A stretch of 64,000 nt of DNA. Source: a virus. Under the pieces are notes generated by a model. That model saw nothing but the letters and a program-made list of their open reading frames with translations. It did not search any database and was not told the origin of the DNA. The stretch is taken from IMG/VR virus record IMGVR_UViG_3300020048_000054, positions 32,001 through 96,000 of that record, one strand, 5' to 3'. Numbering within the stretch: the stretch's first letter is position 1; every line of letters starts with the position of its first letter. Below are positions 58,744 to 64,000 of the stretch, piece by piece. Both the position numbers and the translations under genes were made by a program.

Positions 58744-59045
58744 CGGGACTCCAACTAGGAGTCCCTTTCGATTTAATCCCGTCGAATTCCACGGGGTAGG
58801 AGTCCCATGCTAGGAGTCCCTTAAAGGATTTTTGGGGTGGGAGTCCCTGTAGGAGTCCCGGAGGGGGATTCCGGGTAGGGAGTCCCTTAAAGGAGTTTTG
58901 CGTCTTAAAGGCTTTTGGGGTAGGAGTCCCAGAGGAGGATTCCGGCTAGGGGAGGTAACTAAGAATTCTTTGAGGGGAGCAAGCTAGCACGAGGCTCCAT
59001 CGGGAGTCCCATGACACCCCTGTACTGTTCGGACAGGTGTATTGC

Positions 59046-59828
59046 TCACTTGCGAAATGATGAATCTCCAAAGTCGATGCAGACAAGTCGCCCGCAATAG
59101 ATTCCCACATTGCCACCATGCATGTCAGCGTAGTACGGGCGACGACGACTCTCACGAAATGTACGAGCATTCGCGGGGTCAGTCTTGCGTCCGTCAACCT
59201 GATCGTCATCAGTCGCAGGAAGATCACGCAATGCATTCACAAGTGGCAGACATGCATTCAACTTGTCAGCGAACTCAGACGCATGCGCTCCAAAGGGATC
59301 ATCGCCAGCCAATGCTTCAACAAGATCATCCCATGATTCGATCTTCTGTTCATCGCTGTTCTTGAACCACACGCGACTGAGAATGCTCACTGTCTGCATC
59401 TCTACGATGTGTGATGGAAACCCTTGACGTACTCGTGCTCTCTTCTGTGCGTATGTGTAGTCGCCCACGGGATCGTGACACACATCTGCGACTGCTGTCT
59501 CGTATCCGTACTGTGGGTATGCACCGAGGTGCTGCGTTGCTGGGCACGTCCATACTACGAAACGTCCCACTGGCGGTGCGTACCCATGCTGCGCTGCTGC
59601 ACGTTGGCGCACATACGCTACGACTGCATCCCATAGACTCGCAAAGAGTTTGATGGCAAATGAATCGTCGCGATTGGGTTCTGCACCATTCATATAGAAT
59701 GCTGCTTCTGCGCCCATGCTCTTGCACTCAGTCAATGGTGCAATGTAGTGCGCGATCTCTCGCACATCGTACTTGATGCTCCATGCGCTTGTGGGGGTCT
59801 CAATATGATCAGGTAGAATTCGTGTCAT
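59046..59828 (-). CDS. Protein kinase-like (ePK/Rio/APH fold) protein
   Basis: MGAEA, FAIKLF, DMHGGNVG and IDFG motifs; likely start MTRILP at 59828. Confidence 0.75.
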   Translation of the reverse strand: MTRILPDHIETPTSAWSIKYDVREIAHYIAPLTECKSMGAEAAFYMNGAEPNRDDSFAIKLFASLWDAVVAYVRQRAAAQHGYAPPVGRFVVWTCPATQHLGAYPQYGYETAVADVCHDPVGDYTYAQKRARVRQGFPSHIVEMQTVSILSRVWFKNSDEQKIESWDDLVEALAGDDPFGAHASEFADKLNACLPLVNALRDLPATDDDQVDGRKTDPANARTFRESRRRPYYADMHGGNVGIYCGRLVCIDFGDSSFRK

Positions 59829-60018
59829 GCTCTCATTGTACTCTATGCTTCTATGTAACACTAGTGCGATAAACAAGGTAGAAATCGTATGGTTTTCGAA
59901 TAACATGTCGTTTCCTAGCTGGAAAACGCATAGTGCAAAGTTGATAGTGAATTATATTATCGGAACCACAGCACCACGGTATTATTGAACCCTTGTGGTT
60001 TCAGCTTGTTTAGCTCAG

Positions 60019-60047
60019 TTGACGCTGTGTGCCGCTTGTGGTATGAT
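60019..60047 (+). promoter_or_regulatory. Sigma70-type early promoter TTGACG-17-(TG)TATGAT
   Basis: Extended -10; ATG 9 nt downstream. Confidence 0.75.
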
Positions 60048-60056
60048 GGGACGCAT

Positions 60057-60680
60057 ATGACTACCACTTTCACTCCTCAATTCTCACCTCTTCGCACCTT
60101 CACGCATCACCTGATGGGAAAGGTTGATGTGTATGTAATGCGCCGCAACACGCGTGTTTCAGCTTCGGGTATTCAGGCTGAGTTTCTCATGAACAATGCA
60201 GAACCAAATCGGCGCAATCACTACGCGCTCAAGCTCTACATCACCGCCAGTGAAGCATTCGCGGCGTATCAGCGCCAGAAGATCGCCGCTGCAGCGGGTG
60301 CTGCTCCGCCAGTGCGGCGTATGGTGATGGTGATGCGAAACGGTCCATGTCAATGCGGAAACATCAACGAATGCACTGGCACTTGTTGGTGTCGTGGTCG
60401 CATCATGTGGGGATATCAAACATGCGTGGCTGCGCGTATTGGTGTCACATGGGGTGTGACTCGCGAAGGTGATACTAGCGATACAGGTATTCGCAAGCTG
60501 TACACCACCATGCGTAATCTCAACACCATTGGTACGCAGCGTGATGACAAACCATTAGGTGTAATGCACGGTCGCAAGTATCTCATGGTGTGCGATCTGC
60601 ATGGTGGAAACATTGGATTCTGGCGCAAGTCGCCAGTCGTGATTGATTTCGGTTCGGACATCATCAACATCGGTTTATAA
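60057..60680 (+). CDS. Protein kinase-like protein (paralogue of 59046..59828)
   Basis: SGIQAE, YALKLY, DLHGGNIG and IDFG motifs; shared MN.AEPNR and AY.RQ..AA..G.APPV.R. Confidence 0.75.
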   Translation: MTTTFTPQFSPLRTFTHHLMGKVDVYVMRRNTRVSASGIQAEFLMNNAEPNRRNHYALKLYITASEAFAAYQRQKIAAAAGAAPPVRRMVMVMRNGPCQCGNINECTGTCWCRGRIMWGYQTCVAARIGVTWGVTREGDTSDTGIRKLYTTMRNLNTIGTQRDDKPLGVMHGRKYLMVCDLHGGNIGFWRKSPVVIDFGSDIINIGL

Positions 60681-60689
60681 GGAGACACT

Positions 60690-60869
60690 ATGAAGACTCA
60701 CACAATTATCATTCTGCCTGACGGCGAAACTTGGAATACAATCGGCGACTGCACCATCATGGTCATAGACGATAAACAATTCAAAGAACTTTGCGAGGAT
60801 CAAGTCAGGGCATGCGAGATGAAACCTGTTGCAGCACTTTCGTTCAATGATTTGGAAATTGGTTCATAA
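60690..60869 (+). CDS. Small hypothetical protein (59 aa)
   Basis: AAGGAG RBS; reads MKTHTIIILPDGETW... Confidence 0.6.
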   Translation: MKTHTIIILPDGETWNTIGDCTIMVIDDKQFKELCEDQVRACEMKPVAALSFNDLEIGS

Positions 60870-60877
60870 GGAGCAAT

Positions 60878-61024
60878 ATGGAAATGCAATACTGTGATGA
60901 TTGTGGGTGCGAACTTGCAACACGCGAAGAGCGTGTTGTCGTGCCAAGTCTCTCTCGCGACATTGAAAGCGCAAACAAGGGAGAATCTGCTGTTCTCTGT
61001 CTCATCTGCTACATGGGGGTTTAA
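60878..61024 (+). CDS. Small zinc-finger-like protein (48 aa)
   Basis: AAGGAG RBS; CDDCG..CLIC. Confidence 0.55.
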   Translation: MEMQYCDDCGCELATREERVVVPSLSRDIESANKGESAVLCLICYMGV

Positions 61025-61140
61025 GCTATGGTTCATACCATTTTACTTGTCGGAGTCATCTCTACGCTAGTGCTCGTGCAACTAGTCATCGTGTTTGTTG
61101 TTTATGCAATTTGGTCTTCAATTTCAAAGGATCGCCACTC

Positions 61141-61452
61141 ATGAGTGTACTTACCCGAATGACTCGCCGCTTGTCGTTTCGTTTGCCATCTGCGCCAGGT
61201 TGGTGCTTGGAATACAACCTCAACGATTTTCACTTCACGCTGACGTACTTCGGCACAGTGAAAGAACACTGGCAGTACAGTTTGCCAGGACGCATTCAAC
61301 CAGCTCTCGTGACACTCGAAGCGATTGCTGAAGACCGTTTGCAACTCGAAGCCGATGCCATCAAGCGTCACCAAGAGATGAGCGTGTATGTCGATACGCA
61401 TGATGAGCGTCATGATGAGCCTGATTTCACTGATCTGTTTCCAACCCTCTAA
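61141..61452 (+). CDS. Hypothetical protein
   Basis: Start MSVLTR after AAGGA. Confidence 0.5.
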   Translation: MSVLTRMTRRLSFRLPSAPGWCLEYNLNDFHFTLTYFGTVKEHWQYSLPGRIQPALVTLEAIAEDRLQLEADAIKRHQEMSVYVDTHDERHDEPDFTDLFPTL

Positions 61453-61464
61453 GGAGCCACTATA

Positions 61465-61836
61465 ATGCTGAACAATCTCTTGAACAAACTGCGCGCACTT
61501 GTTACAATTAAGTCTCACAAGTGGGAATCGATTTCCACTGCAACACCTTCTCTTGAGGAACTGACTGATATGAGTACTAATGACATGATCGTGAACAGCT
61601 TTCGTTCTTTGCTTCGTTATACTGCAACTGAAATTGCACACATTGATAACGAGAATGAACAACGCCACCTGTTCGCAAATGCACGCAATGTGCGTGTTCT
61701 CGCTCGTGAAGCTGGCTGCCTCAAGGCACTTGATCGTGCAATCGCAGCCGATGATGTAACGGTTGAAGTCTTTGTTGATTCAGACTTCAGCTGGTCGAAG
61801 TACAACAGCAACATCGCTGCGTGGGTGTCTGCCTAA
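61465..61836 (+). CDS. Hypothetical protein
   Basis: AAGGAG RBS; 123 aa. Confidence 0.6.
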   Translation: MLNNLLNKLRALVTIKSHKWESISTATPSLEELTDMSTNDMIVNSFRSLLRYTATEIAHIDNENEQRHLFANARNVRVLAREAGCLKALDRAIAADDVTVEVFVDSDFSWSKYNSNIAAWVSA

Positions 61837-61905
61837 ATTCTCCCCGTGTGGTGGGTGTGGTGGGCGACGAAGTTTGTCCCGCCACACCCTCATGAGGACC
61901 AAACC

Positions 61906-62151
61906 ATGAGTATGGATCATAAGGACTTTATGCTTTCGCAGGAGAATACACTAATGTCAGACGAAGAGTATTACTATACTGCAGTTAATCTCGACCGCGA
62001 TGTTCCCGAATGGGAGCCTGATCTCGATGAAGAAGCGGAAGATGATGATGACGAGCAAGAAGACTTGGAAGAGGATCGCCACATTGACGGTGGTAGCCAG
62101 TGTGGTAGAGCTTCGGAGGATTGGTCAGGTTACTACAGTGATCTAGACTGA
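61906..62151 (+). CDS. Small highly acidic protein
   Basis: GAGGA RBS; EEAEDDDDEQEDLEED tract. Confidence 0.6.
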   Translation: MSMDHKDFMLSQENTLMSDEEYYYTAVNLDRDVPEWEPDLDEEAEDDDDEQEDLEEDRHIDGGSQCGRASEDWSGYYSDLD

Positions 62152-62174
62152 CTGCCTGATTCATACACTCTCGA

Positions 62175-62210
62175 CCCTAGCACAGCGAAAGCTGTTCTAG
62201 GGTTTTTCTT
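62175..62210 (+). terminator. Intrinsic terminator
   Basis: accctag-cacagc-gaaa-gctgtt-ctagggt-ttttcttt. Confidence 0.75.
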
Positions 62211-62343
62211 TACCCATTGTTGATAGTGATACGGTTTGTTATCGGACTGTACGCCGCATGTACATGTCCGAATAACATGTCGATTTGTTATCGGACGTAA
62301 GTCTTTATATTATCGGACTTTAGAAATGTCTCAATTATAGGGC

Positions 62344-62372
62344 TTGCGCCCTGCTACCCTTTGTGGTATGAT
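62344..62372 (+). promoter_or_regulatory. Sigma70-type early promoter TTGCGC-17-(TG)TATGAT
   Basis: Same TTGTGGTATGAT core as the 60019 promoter; ATG 8 nt downstream. Confidence 0.65.
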
Positions 62373-62380
62373 TCGACCAT

Positions 62381-63817
62381 ATGGCTACCGCCCTTCAATC
62401 GTCTAAACAACTCGCCTTTATCGCCGCGCTTCGCAGCGTGGCAGGAGACACTAATAGCATCGTCTCGCGTAGCAAGCTTGTCGAAGCTGCCGCGATCTGC
62501 AACATCGCATGTCCGCCAGCGTGGATCGTCAAGGATCCTTCTCGTGCAGCTGGTCGTGGATTCTTTCGCGTTCCTGAATTGCTGAACGCTGCAGCATCTG
62601 CTGCTGCAGTTGCTACCATGGCGCCTGTTGCAGATACTGCAGCATCCACTGTGATGGCTGTGATTGGTGCGACCAACACCATCAAGACTGTCAGCCACAG
62701 TAAGATTCTTGGTATGACTGGCGGAGATCGCACTACGCTGATCCCTGACAAGATCGATACCTACGTTCCGTGGGGACACTTCAGTTCAATCGAAGCGATC
62801 ATTCGCTCCGGTTTGTTCTCTCCGATGTTCATCACTGGTCTTTCCGGTAATGGTAAGACTACGATGATTGAGCAAGTCTGTGCGAAACTCAAGCGCGAGT
62901 GCTATCGCGTCAACATCACCGCAGAGACTGATGAGAGCGATCTTCTCGGTTCATTCGGACTCGTTGACGGTAACACCGTCTGGCAGGATGGTCCGGTTAC
63001 GCTTGCACTCAAGAGCGGAGCTGTTTTGCTCTTGGATGAAATCGACTTGGGATCTGACAAGATCATGTGCCTTCAGTCTGTTCTCGAAGGTAAGGGCGTG
63101 ATGCTCAAGAAGATCGGTCAGTTCGTGCATCCTGCTGCGGGTTTCACCTGCGCCGCGACTGCGAACACCAAGGGTAAGGGCGATGACAATGGTCGATTCG
63201 CCGGTACTCGCATTCTCAATGAAGCGTTCTTGGATCGCTTCGACTTCACCTACGAGCAGGAGTATGCACCGAAAGCGACTGAGAAGAAGATTCTTCTCAA
63301 GAAGATGGCGAAGTTCGGTAAGGTTGATGATGTGTTCGCAGAGAACCTCGTGCGTTGGGCGGAGATCATTCGCGCATCGTATGATGACAATGCGATTGAT
63401 GAGATCATCACGACTCGCCGCTTGGAGGGTATCTGCAAGGCGTATTCGATCTTCAATGATCGCATGGAAGCGGTGAAGATGTGCGTTTCTCGCTTTGATA
63501 CGCTCACTCGCACGGGTATGGTGGATGCGTATAGCAAGATTGATGCGGATGTGAATCCGGTTGCTGAAGCTGCTCCAGTCGCAGACAATGCAAAGTACTG
63601 CATGTTGGATCGCTACACGAGCGCAGAGATCACGAATGGTAATCCAATCTTCCTGCCGTTTACGCGCTACGAAGACAAGGATACTGTTCGCAATGCAGGT
63701 GCGCGTTGGGATGCGACCAACAAGATGTGGGCAATCACTCATCAGCAGTATATGGCTACTTCAAACGCCATCGCGGCATCTAATCATGGCTACTTCAAAC
63801 GCCATCGCGGCATCTAA
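62381..63817 (+). CDS. cobS: CobS-like / MoxR-family AAA+ ATPase of T4-like phages, with C-terminal DUF5710-like segment
   Basis: Walker A GLSGNGKT, RVNIT.ETDE.DL.G, Walker B LLLDEID, TANTKGKG, LNEAFLDRF and ITTRRL; C-terminal KD..GARWD..K.W. Confidence 0.85.
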   Translation: MATALQSSKQLAFIAALRSVAGDTNSIVSRSKLVEAAAICNIACPPAWIVKDPSRAAGRGFFRVPELLNAAASAAAVATMAPVADTAASTVMAVIGATNTIKTVSHSKILGMTGGDRTTLIPDKIDTYVPWGHFSSIEAIIRSGLFSPMFITGLSGNGKTTMIEQVCAKLKRECYRVNITAETDESDLLGSFGLVDGNTVWQDGPVTLALKSGAVLLLDEIDLGSDKIMCLQSVLEGKGVMLKKIGQFVHPAAGFTCAATANTKGKGDDNGRFAGTRILNEAFLDRFDFTYEQEYAPKATEKKILLKKMAKFGKVDDVFAENLVRWAEIIRASYDDNAIDEIITTRRLEGICKAYSIFNDRMEAVKMCVSRFDTLTRTGMVDAYSKIDADVNPVAEAAPVADNAKYCMLDRYTSAEITNGNPIFLPFTRYEDKDTVRNAGARWDATNKMWAITHQQYMATSNAIAASNHGYFKRHRGI

Positions 63818-63819
63818 TC
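63752..63819 (+). repeat. Perfect 34-bp tandem duplication
   Basis: atggctacttcaaacgccatcgcggcatctaatc at 63752 and 63786. Confidence 0.95.
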
Positions 63820-64000
63820 AGGAGAACATTTGGGATAAGTTTGGCGCTTGTCCTACGGAACTCCAATCAATCAACGGAGTAGCCACTCTGATGATGATTG
63901 CGGCTAAGCCACGGGCGACACACGCCTAATCTGCCGTTGTTGACGCAACGACAATCCCCAAGACTAGCAATCTTCGGGATTGTTGTTGATAGTGATGTAA

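Larger units (their letters stand above)
58235..59010 (+). repeat. Dispersed GGAGTCCC repeat cluster with palindromes
   Basis: Direct copies at 58250, 58293, 58758, 58799, 58813, 58840, 58852, 58879, 58923 and 59003; inverted copies at 58364 and 58745. Confidence 0.9.

Noticed and set aside
58235-59010. CRISPR array
   Set aside because: The repeat core is only 8 bp, spacing is irregular and spacers are similar to each other; no cas genes.
62354-63742. Minus-strand ORFs opposite the CobS-like ATPase
   Set aside because: Shadow frames expected in GC-richer coding sequence.
1-64000. Stop-codon reassignment
   Set aside because: Core genes are full length in the standard bacterial code, and no suppressor-anticodon tRNA was found.

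Overview
This window is a 64-kb segment of a large T4-like myophage genome. Positions 1-43.5 kb hold the virion module: terminase small subunit gp16, gp15, neck gp14/gp13, four very large Cys-rich 'GACC'-repeat fibre-like proteins (three ending in a DUF1566/Lcl-type domain), baseplate gp8/gp7/gp6/gp25, a frameshifted hub protein, gp53, gp48, gp4, a tube-related protein, gp26/gp51, a tape-measure candidate, SSB gp32 and late co-activator gp33. Positions 43.5-52 kb are an RNA/accessory island with seven CCA-less tRNAs (Tyr, Ile-UAU, Leu, Asn, Arg, Glu, Lys), two unassigned structured RNAs, a deaminase, an Rmf-like protein and a pyrimidine-dimer glycosylase. The island also carries the most notable feature, a circularly permuted, two-piece tmRNA gene (tag ANQLAMAA*) that the ORF track does not show. 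Positions 52-58.7 kb are a late-promoter-driven array of small genes, many starting with a T4 capsid-targeting-like leader (MKSFxQYIxE); they include a nucleotidyltransferase, a zincin and GNAT-like paralogues. A GGAGTCCC repeat cluster (58.2-59.0 kb) marks the change to a GC-richer, early-type region with two divergent protein-kinase-like paralogues and a CobS/MoxR AAA+ ATPase. A canonical T TTT TTA slippery site may fuse gp26 to a gp51-like frame just upstream of the tape-measure candidate, like the lambda G/GT tail chaperone. All calls come from motif recognition and gene order; no database searches were run.
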